Shown: positions 1-9,832 of the stretch, in pieces
Position numbering within the stretch: position 1 is the first letter of the stretch
How the letters are laid out: each line of letters opens with the position of its first letter
Source: a virus
Lineage: Duplodnaviria > Caudoviricetes
Virus record (IMG/VR): IMGVR_UViG_3300036762_000065
Location: 96,001-160,000 of that record
Reading direction: 5' to 3' (one strand)
DNA length: 64,000 bases
The notes under the pieces: generated by a model
The model's input: only the letters and a program-made list of their open reading frames with translations
Told to the model about the DNA's origin: nothing
The model's database searches: none
Translations under genes and position numbers: made by a program

Positions 1-1
1 A

Positions 2-340
2 TCTGAAGGTTTAAAAGTAGGTGGTACCTTAGATTTAATAGGTACAAAAATTACATCCTTGCCTGAAGACTTAAATGTAGGAGGTAGTTTAGTCTTAAGC
101 GATACAAAAATTACAGTCTTACCTAAAGGTTTAAATGTAGGTGGTAATTTATGGCTAAGAAATACACAAATTACATCCTTACCTGAAGACTTAAAAGTAG
201 GTAGTAGCTTATCCTTAGAGGATACAGATATTACAGTCTTACCTAAAGGTTTAAAAGTAGGTGGTAATTTAGTCTTAAGAAATACACAAATTACATCCTT
301 GCCTGAAGACTTAAAAGTAGATGGTAGAATAATTTCCTAA
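2..340 (+). CDS. Leucine-rich-repeat protein, C-terminal part (truncated by window edge)
   Basis: Frame is open from position 2. It has about 5.5 21-aa (63-nt) repeats LP(E/K)(D/G)L(K/N)VG(G/S)xLxLxxTxIT. Confidence 0.85.
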   Translation, partial: SEGLKVGGTLDLIGTKITSLPEDLNVGGSLVLSDTKITVLPKGLNVGGNLWLRNTQITSLPEDLKVGSSLSLEDTDITVLPKGLKVGGNLVLRNTQITSLPEDLKVDGRIIS

Positions 341-464
341 AGAATCTTAGCGTGTAGTCTAATATCTCATATAGATTCTAATTTACATAAAGAATGTACT
401 GTTGCGTATCTCACCTTCGCAGTAGTCTACCGTATTTAAGGTGAGTTAATTTGGAGGTTGAAAT

Positions 465-2057
465 ATGCCGTTAAATAACGGAAATTCCAGCTCTGCTGGT
501 GTGTACACAGGAGAACGTGACAACTCAGCCCGCGCTTCCGCGATTGCAACCTCTATAGGTGGTATCGTCGGTCCAAGCAATCGCGGACCTGTGGGTGTCC
601 CTACACTAACAGTAGACAACGAAGACTTTAGAAACAAGTTCGGAGCACCTGATCCTACACTAACTTTCATGCACTTATGTGCAGAGGCCTTCTTACTAGA
701 GAGTAGTAGACTAATGGTAACAAGAGTTGCAGTTAATGCAAAGCTTGGAGGCATCAAGGTAACTACTGTAAACAATTTCTCACAAACCAGTGCTGTGCAA
801 GAAGGACTTGACAGTCCGGAAGATATTTTGTTCGATACTATGGATATTATGTATTTTTATGCAGAGAATCCGGGTAATTGGAACAATAATCTTCGCGTAG
901 TTCTTTATCCGGATACGAACGATTTAACCGGTGATCAGTTTATTCTGAATATCTATGAAGGCACTAGCCAAGTTCCTGTCGAAACATATAAAGGCACAGT
1001 GTTCGATAAGCTTGACGGATACGGCAACCAATTGAGTATTGAAAATCAGTTGGCTGAAAACTCAGGTCGAGTTCGTGTTCTTATTAATGAAGGACACCCT
1101 TCTCTTGTAGCTAACCCTAAAGTAAATTTGATCAACGCGGTTACAAGCGGGAGCTTTACACTAGGCTCTAACGGAGATACTGTTACCAACAGTGATATCA
1201 TAGAAGCTTGGGATCTTTACGAAGACCCTGAAGAAGTTACTGTGAACATTCTAATTAATGCCGGATACACTGACCCTAGTGTACAGTTGAAGATGGCAGA
1301 AATCTGCGAACAACGAGATGATTGTTTTGCTGTGTTGGATATGCCTAGTGACCAACAGGAATCACAAGCTGCTATCAATTACAGACGCAACACCCTTAAC
1401 TTAAACAGTAGTTATGCCGCAATCTATTCGCCTGATCTTAAGGTTAGAGACACTGCAAATTCTAGGGATATATACATTCCTCCTTCAGGGCACGTTGCTG
1501 CTGCTTATGCTCGTACAGATAATGTTGCCGCATCTTGGTTTGCACCTGCAGGTCTTAACAGAGGCCAACTTGACGTACTTGGCGTTAAGCATATTTATAA
1601 ACAAGGACATAGAGATGCGTTTGATGATAATCAAATAAATCCTGTTCGATTTATGAGTGGCCACGGCATAGTTATTTGGGGACAAGAGACATTACAAGCA
1701 CACAAAAGTGCCATGTCGAATATCAACGTGCGCCGACTTCTTATGTTGTTGAAGAATAGTATACGAAACGGAGTTGAGATTGGTGTTTACGAACCTCATG
1801 ATGAATTCTTAAGAGTCCAATTGCGTACAATAGCAGAGAACTTTTTGAATCCTATTAAACGTGGTCGAGGGTTATATTGGTTTGAAGTTATCTGTAGCGA
1901 TAAGAATAACACTCCGGAAACAATTGCAGCAGGCGATGTTATGCTCGATGTGTATCTGGACCCTGTACTTCCAGCTAAACGAATTCACTTGAATGCTATT
2001 GTACCTAAAACTGGCCAAATCAAATTCGCCCAAGAATTAATTAACTCAGAAGGTTAA
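465..2057 (+). CDS. Contractile tail sheath protein (T4 gp18-like)
   Basis: N-terminal SAGVYTGERD motif; C-terminal PPSGHVAAAYARTD...WFAPAGLNRG, INP, WGQETL and NVRRLL sheath motifs; SD GGAGGT. Confidence 0.97.
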   Translation: MPLNNGNSSSAGVYTGERDNSARASAIATSIGGIVGPSNRGPVGVPTLTVDNEDFRNKFGAPDPTLTFMHLCAEAFLLESSRLMVTRVAVNAKLGGIKVTTVNNFSQTSAVQEGLDSPEDILFDTMDIMYFYAENPGNWNNNLRVVLYPDTNDLTGDQFILNIYEGTSQVPVETYKGTVFDKLDGYGNQLSIENQLAENSGRVRVLINEGHPSLVANPKVNLINAVTSGSFTLGSNGDTVTNSDIIEAWDLYEDPEEVTVNILINAGYTDPSVQLKMAEICEQRDDCFAVLDMPSDQQESQAAINYRRNTLNLNSSYAAIYSPDLKVRDTANSRDIYIPPSGHVAAAYARTDNVAASWFAPAGLNRGQLDVLGVKHIYKQGHRDAFDDNQINPVRFMSGHGIVIWGQETLQAHKSAMSNINVRRLLMLLKNSIRNGVEIGVYEPHDEFLRVQLRTIAENFLNPIKRGRGLYWFEVICSDKNNTPETIAAGDVMLDVYLDPVLPAKRIHLNAIVPKTGQIKFAQELINSEG

Positions 2058-2069
2058 TCGGAGACTACT

Positions 2070-2606
2070 ATGCCAAAACCAACGTTAGATAATGTCCTTG
2101 ATGTAAAGGACCCAATGCTTAATGATAACTATGAGATTATTTTTCCTAAGATTCCGGGCGGAAGTAATCAACGAGCGTTGCATATTCAATGCAAAACTGC
2201 TATCAAGCCTGGTACTACACTAGCTGAAATCGAAATTGAATTGTTCGGTCATAAGGTAATGCATGCCGCACGAAGAACTTGGAGCAACGAAATGTCGCTT
2301 GAGTTCATCGAAGACAGAGACGGTACTATTACACACGAGTTGGAATTGTGGGCAGAGGAAATCCGTGCGCGTACTTCCCAACACGGTCAGTTCAAAGCAG
2401 ATTATGCTGTTGATGCTCAATTCAACATCTACGATCAGAACGGTAAGAAAGCTATGGAGTATAAGATTACAGGTTGCTGGCCTTCCCAGGTTCCTGACTT
2501 GTCTTTCGACGGCTCTGGAGGTTCTGCACAGACTCTCGGTGCATCGTTTAAGTTTGACCACGTAGAACGTATTGATAAGAAGCAAAGCGGCACGTTTGCA
2601 TCTTAA
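2070..2606 (+). CDS. Tail tube protein (gp19-like)
   Basis: Directly follows the sheath; 178 aa; YKITGCWPSQV...L...F tube-family C-terminal motif. Confidence 0.9.
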   Translation: MPKPTLDNVLDVKDPMLNDNYEIIFPKIPGGSNQRALHIQCKTAIKPGTTLAEIEIELFGHKVMHAARRTWSNEMSLEFIEDRDGTITHELELWAEEIRARTSQHGQFKADYAVDAQFNIYDQNGKKAMEYKITGCWPSQVPDLSFDGSGGSAQTLGASFKFDHVERIDKKQSGTFAS

Positions 2607-2629
2607 TATGTTGTTTAGTATATAAAGGG

Positions 2630-2664
2630 AGCCTGCCTTGGTCGACTAGGGCGGGCTTTTTTTT
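2630..2664 (+). terminator. Rho-independent terminator after sheath-tube
   Basis: Stem AGCCTGCCTTGGT/ACTAGGGCGGGCT followed by a run of T. Confidence 0.85.
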
Positions 2665-2675
2665 GGGAGAATTGC

Positions 2676-3185
2676 GTGACTACAGTTTCATTAGATGACT
2701 TTATAACAATGACAACAGGGCCTGAGAATGAGCCTATGTTAGATTTCTATTGGATTTGTACTAAACTTCCAGGACACGATCCTAGATACGTAGAGAGTAT
2801 AAGTATGCCTTTTCCAAGCTTTTCTAAAAAAGAAGGTTTATTTGGAGCAGGTGCTTTTTCTTACTATCCCGGGTTCTCTGACATAAGTGCTTTTGACATA
2901 GTGCTATATGAAGATCAGCAATTGAGTACAGTAAAGTGGCTTAAACAGTGGTCCGAACGTATCCGGAACCCTAACACAGGTGCTTTCTATTTGCCAAGCT
3001 TCTACAAAGAAGATATAGAAGTAGAATTACAAAACACACAAGGTAAAGTAATTGCCCAAGCCATATTGAAGAATGTGTGGCCTACAGAAAAAGGCAATTG
3101 GGATTTAAAATATACAGGCACAGGCGAACGACTAAATGTGCATCAAAATTTCAGTATAGATAGTTTAGTGCTAAAGTTTTTATAA
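2676..3185 (+). CDS. Second tail-tube-like protein (gp54/tube initiator-like)
   Basis: Tube-like fold motifs (FDIVLYED, LKNVWP, L..NFSID) and its position. Confidence 0.7.
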   Translation: MTTVSLDDFITMTTGPENEPMLDFYWICTKLPGHDPRYVESISMPFPSFSKKEGLFGAGAFSYYPGFSDISAFDIVLYEDQQLSTVKWLKQWSERIRNPNTGAFYLPSFYKEDIEVELQNTQGKVIAQAILKNVWPTEKGNWDLKYTGTGERLNVHQNFSIDSLVLKFL

Positions 3186-3201
3186 CACAAGAGGAATAAT
3201 A

Positions 3202-3987
3202 ATGTACACATTCGATGATAAGCAACTGCCTAGCAGATTAAGCAAGTACAATATAAAAGAATTAAATATGGATATGTTTAAGTTTAAACAGCTTTCTAAA
3301 CTATCCAGTGCAATGACAAATAAACACTTGGGCCAAATGGTAAGTGCGTTAGGTGACGTTGTTAAAAATATAGACGTTAATGAATTAACACAAGGAGACT
3401 TCTATTATTTATTGGCATACCAGCGTATATGTGCTTACAGTAAGCCTATCTACTGCCATTGGAAGTGTCGCGGTGATATGTACAAAGACATTGATACGAA
3501 TGCAATGTACACACCACACCAGATTGAATCTCTTGTTAAAGAATATGAAAGCGCGGATGCAGATGTAAAAGCAACGCTGCCGAATCCGGATGCGATTAAA
3601 ATTGAAACTCTTGTATGCGACCACAGTAATTCGTTGCCTATAGTTCTTGACGACCTTCAAATTGTTTTTCTCGAGGATATTGTTCTTGATGAACGTCTTG
3701 ACGTACCGCGTGCGAATACATTAGCCGATGCCAATGTGTTGAAGAACGATCCTGAATTAGGCCAGATAGTACCTGCTGCTATGTGGATAAAAGAAGGCAA
3801 TACACTTGCCGATAAGATAGAAGTACTTAAATCACAAAACGACTTGAAATTGTTTGAACTGGCGCTACTCGCATCTACTACTATACACCACGGTGTTAGA
3901 AATAGAGTAGATAAGAAATGTACGGTTTGCAATACGTTATCTACTCACATATTTGAGATTACTCCTTCAATATTTTTCTTGGTATAG
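3202..3987 (+). CDS. Baseplate hub/tail assembly chaperone, gp26-like (paralog A)
   Basis: LPS N-terminal motif, ELTQGDFYYLL..QR...Y, C-terminal CxxC; lies between tube and tape measure. Confidence 0.65.
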   Translation: MYTFDDKQLPSRLSKYNIKELNMDMFKFKQLSKLSSAMTNKHLGQMVSALGDVVKNIDVNELTQGDFYYLLAYQRICAYSKPIYCHWKCRGDMYKDIDTNAMYTPHQIESLVKEYESADADVKATLPNPDAIKIETLVCDHSNSLPIVLDDLQIVFLEDIVLDERLDVPRANTLADANVLKNDPELGQIVPAAMWIKEGNTLADKIEVLKSQNDLKLFELALLASTTIHHGVRNRVDKKCTVCNTLSTHIFEITPSIFFLV

Positions 3988-3991
3988 TGTC

Positions 3992-4990
3992 ATGGAAATA
4001 CCTAAAGAGATAATCAACGATGCTAGGTATCTCGACATAGGTGATTTACCTACAGGTTACGCACCTTACAAAGAACTTGGATTGAAGCAGATATATTTAA
4101 GACCGTTCGTTGTAAAAGAGTTACCTCTGATACACTTAGGTTCTAAAGCTAAAGTGGGAGGTCTTTCAAGCATACTACGTGCTGTTAATATGGTAGCCTC
4201 TTGTGACATATACTGTTTAACTGACGGGGATTTTGAATTCCTACTCGCTTGGCTTAGACGTAACTCATACCCTACAAGTCCTATGTTAGTATCGTGGATA
4301 TGCAAAAAGACAAACGTTGTCGAAAAGGAAACAAGGAAGTTTATTCTTGAGCAAGAAGCTAAGTATTTAACTGAAACGGATATGCGTATACATAACTACG
4401 AGTATGAACTTTGTGATGCTGAAAACAGTACCATTGTTCATAATGCCAAAGTTCTTGTAGATACGTTAGACGATGATTGCCTTTATATTAAGTACGATGA
4501 TATAGATTTTGCTAGGGTAAATACTTTAGTTGAGTATGATACCCTAATAGAATCCGATCCTAGTATATCAAAAGTTGCGGACCTAGCGCGTTGGGTAAAG
4601 GCAGGCAATACACTAGCAGAAAAAATAGAAATACTTGAAAGTTCTGATATTGATTTGTATGAACGGATTGTAGAAACACAAAACATGTTTAAACACGGTA
4701 TTCGTGAATCAATGTCTATGCAATGCAGGGTGTGCCGCAACAAGGTAGAGCATACATCTAAGCCTAATTTAAGATCGTTCTTTTCTGACAACACAGAAAC
4801 AGACATATACAACATACAGTATGGACTTATGTCTGAATTTGGAGTTGCTCCTGATGATGATATGCCTATAAAGAAACTATTGTATCACCACAGTTGTTTG
4901 GCCAAAGATAAACAAGATGAGAAAGAACGCAATGCTCAACAAGCGGCTGCAAATAAAGTACGTAGACCTACCTATAACCATAATAGGTGA
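3992..4990 (+). CDS. Baseplate hub/tail assembly chaperone, gp26-like (paralog B) with gp51-like C-terminal extension
   Basis: LTDGDFEFLLAWLRRNSY, WVKAGNTLAEKIEIL and CRVC match paralog A; about 65 extra C-terminal aa. The ATG at 3992 is preferred over 3953. Confidence 0.65.
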   Translation: MEIPKEIINDARYLDIGDLPTGYAPYKELGLKQIYLRPFVVKELPLIHLGSKAKVGGLSSILRAVNMVASCDIYCLTDGDFEFLLAWLRRNSYPTSPMLVSWICKKTNVVEKETRKFILEQEAKYLTETDMRIHNYEYELCDAENSTIVHNAKVLVDTLDDDCLYIKYDDIDFARVNTLVEYDTLIESDPSISKVADLARWVKAGNTLAEKIEILESSDIDLYERIVETQNMFKHGIRESMSMQCRVCRNKVEHTSKPNLRSFFSDNTETDIYNIQYGLMSEFGVAPDDDMPIKKLLYHHSCLAKDKQDEKERNAQQAAANKVRRPTYNHNR

Positions 4991-4995
4991 TTACA

Positions 4996-7900
4996 ATGGC
5001 AAGTAACGATCACATTTTAGATGATATGAGGGAAATGGCTCAACGTTCGTATGCGGAACGTCAAGAAGCTCCTTCTATGATGCAGGATTCTGTACTAGGT
5101 TCCGAGCAATCAGGTCTACCTTTCGAGAAAAATAAGCTTGCGAAGTCCGTCCAAGAGGCTAATGCAGATAAACCTGACGTTGAGCAACAAACGGCCGGTG
5201 ATAAGCAAATTGTCAATTCCCAATACATGTCGGCTCAAGAGATTGTTAGTAATAACGACAATAACACCGACAATATCGTTAAAAATGCAGATCAAAATAA
5301 TGACCAGTTAGAATCTAAGTTTGATGATTTGAATAAATCGTTAGTCAGTGGATTTGATGCTGCTAAACAACGAGATGGAATGCAGCTAAAGGTTGCTGAA
5401 AAGCAACTTACTACCATGAAGTCCTTATATGATGAGATATATAGGGAAAACCATAAGATTGAGCCTACTATTCTCAAGTCAGAAGATAATTCATTGTCTT
5501 TGACTGAGATGCAAGCCAAGTTAGAGCAACAACGTAACGAAGAAAAACCTAGCATAGCAGGCATTATTGCAGACGTTGCAGGAGTTCTAGGAGGTGTAGG
5601 AGCAGGTGTGCTAGGAAGTCGTCTTGGAAGATCCCGACCTCCAGTTCCTCCCGGGCCGGGTCCGAGACCTCCAGTTCCTCCAGGCCCTGGTCCGAGACCT
5701 CCAGTTCCTCCAGGGCCCGGACCAAGACCTGTAGGAGGTGGTAAGTGGGGTAAAGCACTTACTGTTGTAAGTGGTGTACTCGGTAGTATGTACGTAATGG
5801 GTGCTCTTGACAATGACGACACGGTTGATGGTTACTTAAAAGGACAAGAAGATGATGTAGATGCCGATCTTACAAAGGCGTCTATGCTACAATCTGCTTA
5901 TAGCGGAAAAACTTCTTCTGAAGAATACACTGCTTACATACAATCGGCGGGACGTAACGAGGACCCATCAGGTATTAGTGCGATAGATGGACTTGCTATT
6001 GCTGGTACAGGATATATTGCGAAAAAAGCCCTTGATAAATTCGCACCTAATTCTACAGCAGGATTGAATGCTAGGCTTGATGCTGTATCAGAAAAAGCAA
6101 ATGCAATTAAAGCTAAGGCAGCGGAGAAAGCTGCTGCTGCAAGAGCCGCTGTTAATAATTCTGCTCCTGTACGTACAGCCACAAACGCTGCAAACTCTGT
6201 TAGAAATGCAGGTACTAGCGCACTAAACTATGCTAAAGGTTTGGGTTGGAAGGGAAAATTAGCTGCCGGTGTGTTAGGCGGTATCGGACTTTATAAAGGA
6301 ACTGAATATTTAAAAGAGTCTGCTATAGAACATAGAAAAAATTACGACTTAAACGATAGAGTAATTGATAAAGGTCGTGATAGCAGTATAGAGTATGGTG
6401 AAGAAACACGTGAGAATATACGTAGGCGAAAAGAAGGACTTCCTGAACTAATAGGACAAGAAGCTATTTCTTTTCGCAGCGGTATTACACTGCAAAATGG
6501 ATTTATGCCAGATCCTAGAACTGGGTATCCTTTAAAAGGTTTTTCAAGAGACTATCAAATAGCTAGGCTAATGACAGACCCTAGTGCGTTTGCTGCTATC
6601 CAAGGAGGGGCTACTGTAGATGAAGTGTTAGGAGGCAACGCACAGTTATATTTAGCTAAACAAGGGTTAGCCCCGACACCTACAAATACAAACAGTGCTT
6701 CTAATGTAGCGCGTAGTTTACTGTCTACTAATGTACCTAAGACAGAAGCTCAGATGTACAACGCACCTGAATCTGTAATTCATTCAAGTGCGGACTTTGA
6801 AGAGTATGATCCTAACTTACAAGTTGATGTTAGTCCTGTTGCACAACCTATACAAGCAGGTTTTGGTAATGTCGAAACTGTTGCACAGCCTGTACAAGCA
6901 GGTTTTGGTAATGTCGAAACTGCGGCAGCTTCTGTAGCTACGGCTGCTATCGTTGGCAAGTATATAAAAAGTAAGACTGCGCCTAGTGACGGAGGCACCG
7001 CTAGACCTAGAGTAGATACAGTTCGTCCAGACACTCGTTCAATAACTGATGTTGTTAAAAACAGTGTAACCAAATTAGCCGATGCCTCTGCTAATGTTGT
7101 AGAGTCTGTAAAGACAAGTCAACGGCTCGGCCCTATTGTACAGAATACCATTGCTCAAACTACTGCAATGGTACAGTCTATTAAGCCTATGTTGGCAACG
7201 GCTTCCGAAGTAAGTAAGTCTGTAGTAGATAACACAAAGAACGTAGTACAAAAAACAGGAGAAGTATTAAAGCCTGTTTCAAGCAAGATAGGATCAGCTA
7301 CAGATGTAGTTAAATCTAAGATGCCTAAAAATATGGGGCTAAAGGCCAACGCTGCACTTACTGTCGGGTTTGCCGGAGTCGAAGCATACGATATTATCAA
7401 CGATGAGACTTTAGACACTGCAACTAAAGCCAAAGAACTTGCTAAAGTAGGAGGAGGTACAGCAGGTAGTGTTGCAGGTGCTGCTGCCGGTGCTGCTGCC
7501 GGTGCGGCTGTTGTAGGCGAGATAGGTGCTGTTTTAGGATCGTTCTTCGGACCTGCCGGAACTGCTGTAGGAGGAGGAGTTGGTGCCACTCTCGGAGGTA
7601 TAGGCGGAGGTATATTTGGAGGCATGTACGGTTATGAAGCCGGTCAAGACATAACAGAAGTTATATCTACAGGGATATCTGATATGTTGGACAGCATGGG
7701 CATAGCTGATATGGTAGGACGCGCTGTTGCGATTCCGATGGCTATATTTTCAGAAGACGCAAGAGACGCATTAACCTCAGACTTCAATAATAACATACTT
7801 CCAAGTATTTCTGATTTAGGTAATTCTGTTGCTGATTTCTTCGGATGGACAGATGAGGCACAAAAAGAACTTCCAGATACAGATAAGTTGTCTACGCAGG

Positions 7901-8784
7901 CAGCTGAAGTTGCATCCGTTCCTGTGATAACAACTTCAGGTAATGTGCAAAAGACTACGTACCCTGACGGTAGTGTTTCTTATGAAGTTGATCAAAATTC
8001 ATCCGATATACTGGATGACGTTTCTACAGGATCGCCTTTACCGACAGAAGTCTCTGTAAAAACTAAGCAGACGGCTATGCATAACATACAGAAAGGTATG
8101 GATGTAGATAGGGATGTTCAAAACACAAGTAAGTTGAACCTTGCGCTGTTGGCATCAAACAATGCAATCACAGATAAAGATAAACAAGAAGCTAATGCTG
8201 AGGTCCGATCTATTGCACAAGATAAGGTAGTACAGAAGGCAGTACAATCAGGCACTGTTGCTAACATGATATTACCTACTGCATTTAAAAACAACATGAT
8301 AGACAAAAACTCTCCTGTGTCTAAAGTAGGTGAGCCTGTAAACGTAATGCACGAAAGTGTGGATATTGGAACTCCTGAGACTGGTCTGATATCAGAACCG
8401 TTTATTGAGAATAGCCCTGTTTCTAATTACATACAACAGGCAGGAAACATAGGTACTGATTTTAGTACAAAATACAGTGAGCCAGAGAATCAGATTAGTG
8501 CGGTACCTAGTAGTGCAACAAGTACCTTAGAAAAATCCGGTTCTACAGAAGCACGTCCTGTACTTGAGACTCCTGCATCTAGGCAAAAATACGAATCTGT
8601 CTCAAAAGTTATGATGATAGAGCCTAAAGTACAGAAGAGTAAGAGCACCAATACAGACATAACACGTAATGGACAGACTAAAGGAGGTGTTACACATTCG
8701 GTTAGTCAAAAACCTACGTTAAGTAATTTATCTTCTACTCCGCTTGACTTCGGACTTCCGTTATTGAACACAGGATATATCTAG
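4996..8784 (+). CDS. Tape measure protein (gp29-like)
   Basis: About 1260 aa, Ala/Gly/Thr-rich, long glycine-zipper hydrophobic segment (AGAAAGAAAGA...GGIFGGMYG), position in tail operon; SD AGGTG before ATG 4996. Confidence 0.75.
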   Translation: MASNDHILDDMREMAQRSYAERQEAPSMMQDSVLGSEQSGLPFEKNKLAKSVQEANADKPDVEQQTAGDKQIVNSQYMSAQEIVSNNDNNTDNIVKNADQNNDQLESKFDDLNKSLVSGFDAAKQRDGMQLKVAEKQLTTMKSLYDEIYRENHKIEPTILKSEDNSLSLTEMQAKLEQQRNEEKPSIAGIIADVAGVLGGVGAGVLGSRLGRSRPPVPPGPGPRPPVPPGPGPRPPVPPGPGPRPVGGGKWGKALTVVSGVLGSMYVMGALDNDDTVDGYLKGQEDDVDADLTKASMLQSAYSGKTSSEEYTAYIQSAGRNEDPSGISAIDGLAIAGTGYIAKKALDKFAPNSTAGLNARLDAVSEKANAIKAKAAEKAAAARAAVNNSAPVRTATNAANSVRNAGTSALNYAKGLGWKGKLAAGVLGGIGLYKGTEYLKESAIEHRKNYDLNDRVIDKGRDSSIEYGEETRENIRRRKEGLPELIGQEAISFRSGITLQNGFMPDPRTGYPLKGFSRDYQIARLMTDPSAFAAIQGGATVDEVLGGNAQLYLAKQGLAPTPTNTNSASNVARSLLSTNVPKTEAQMYNAPESVIHSSADFEEYDPNLQVDVSPVAQPIQAGFGNVETVAQPVQAGFGNVETAAASVATAAIVGKYIKSKTAPSDGGTARPRVDTVRPDTRSITDVVKNSVTKLADASANVVESVKTSQRLGPIVQNTIAQTTAMVQSIKPMLATASEVSKSVVDNTKNVVQKTGEVLKPVSSKIGSATDVVKSKMPKNMGLKANAALTVGFAGVEAYDIINDETLDTATKAKELAKVGGGTAGSVAGAAAGAAAGAAVVGEIGAVLGSFFGPAGTAVGGGVGATLGGIGGGIFGGMYGYEAGQDITEVISTGISDMLDSMGIADMVGRAVAIPMAIFSEDARDALTSDFNNNILPSISDLGNSVADFFGWTDEAQKELPDTDKLSTQAAEVASVPVITTSGNVQKTTYPDGSVSYEVDQNSSDILDDVSTGSPLPTEVSVKTKQTAMHNIQKGMDVDRDVQNTSKLNLALLASNNAITDKDKQEANAEVRSIAQDKVVQKAVQSGTVANMILPTAFKNNMIDKNSPVSKVGEPVNVMHESVDIGTPETGLISEPFIENSPVSNYIQQAGNIGTDFSTKYSEPENQISAVPSSATSTLEKSGSTEARPVLETPASRQKYESVSKVMMIEPKVQKSKSTNTDITRNGQTKGGVTHSVSQKPTLSNLSSTPLDFGLPLLNTGYI
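5635..5730 (+). repeat. Three 30-nt tandem units encoding RPPVPPGPGP
   Basis: Directly visible; the units differ at synonymous positions. Confidence 0.95.
6838..6921 (+). repeat. 42-nt tandem duplication (VAQP[I/V]QAGFGNVET x2)
   Basis: Directly visible near-identical duplication. Confidence 0.95.
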
Positions 8785-8793
8785 GAGAATGTT

Positions 8794-9489
8794 ATGCCAA
8801 AAGTATTACAAGGTTTTTCTGCACAGACTACAGGTATAGAGCGTCCTGTGCGTCCTGAAGTCGGTAGGATTTATGAAGCTGTAATGTCTGTAGAAGGAGA
8901 TACGGATGCCGAGTCTTGGACACTAAGAACTCCTTTGCCTCAAAACTACTCGTTTAGTTTAAGCTCAGAATATAACAATCCTTATAATCAGCCTATTTCA
9001 GAAATTGCTGGTGGAGGTAATGCACGTTTGGCAGAAAGTGCTCTTACACTAGCTTCAGGACACACTTCTCAAAATAAATGGCTAAGTGCCGCTACTTGGA
9101 GTGGTGGTTCAGAGTTCGCCATTGAAATCCCGTTTGTGCTTCAAGCTTACACAGACCCCGTTAAAGAAGTACTGATACCTATGAAAAGACTGTTAAAGTT
9201 GGCTGCGGCCGGCGAGTCTATATTAGGATCTTTAACTTCACCAGGTCCTCTGCCTAATGTTGTAGGAGAGCGTGATTTTAGAGGTACTGTTATTACTATA
9301 GAAATAGGTAAATTCTTTAAGATGACCCCGTGTATAGTTACGAGCGTTACTGAAGATTTCGATACTCAAATGGATGAGTTTGGTAGTCCTATAGGCGCTG
9401 TTGTACGAGTGCAGTTTAAATCTTTCTGGACATGTACTAAAAATGATTTGGATGATTATTTCCTTCCTTCTATAGGTAATAATAAATGA
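8794..9489 (+). CDS. Baseplate/tail-tube junction protein (gp48-like)
   Basis: Position after the tape measure; tube-like C-terminus (IEIGKFF...CIVTSV.EDFD...GSP..A.V.VQF). Confidence 0.5.
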   Translation: MPKVLQGFSAQTTGIERPVRPEVGRIYEAVMSVEGDTDAESWTLRTPLPQNYSFSLSSEYNNPYNQPISEIAGGGNARLAESALTLASGHTSQNKWLSAATWSGGSEFAIEIPFVLQAYTDPVKEVLIPMKRLLKLAAAGESILGSLTSPGPLPNVVGERDFRGTVITIEIGKFFKMTPCIVTSVTEDFDTQMDEFGSPIGAVVRVQFKSFWTCTKNDLDDYFLPSIGNNK

Positions 9490-9821
9490 CTTACGGATAT
9501 ATGGAACGTGCGGCACACATAGTTGTTGATGAACTTGGCATTGACCCTCTTAGAGACAAGTCGTGGGAGGCTATACAAAAGATAACTTCTTATAGTGAAC
9601 ATATTGTAGATCAGTCTGAAGAAAATAACCTACCGCTTATTGCTAACAAAGAATACAGAGACTACCGATTATGGTGGATAATATTAGCGTACAACGGCAT
9701 AGCAGATTCATTTAGTGTAAAGTCAGGACAAGTACTGAAAATCCCCAATCAAAATTCTGTTACTTCTGTCCTTGTAAATACACAAACAGAACTTACGGAA
9801 ATAAAAACAGTTTCAATATAA
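9486..9821 (+). CDS. Baseplate wedge protein, LysM-like (gp53/gpX-like)
   Basis: LPLIANKEYRDYRLWWIILAYNGI...GQVLKIP signature. Confidence 0.85.
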   Translation: MTYGYMERAAHIVVDELGIDPLRDKSWEAIQKITSYSEHIVDQSEENNLPLIANKEYRDYRLWWIILAYNGIADSFSVKSGQVLKIPNQNSVTSVLVNTQTELTEIKTVSI

Positions 9822-9832
9822 GTGAGTAGTGT

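Noticed and set aside
2-340. CRISPR array or DGR variable region in the 63-nt repeats
   Set aside because: The repeats are in-frame coding LRR units without unique spacers, differences are not adenine-specific, and no reverse transcriptase is in the window.
5292-8306. Antisense ORFs over the tape measure, and similar shadow ORFs over fibre, collagen and baseplate genes
   Set aside because: They mirror low-complexity codon patterns of the real genes and lack SD sequences and recognisable motifs.
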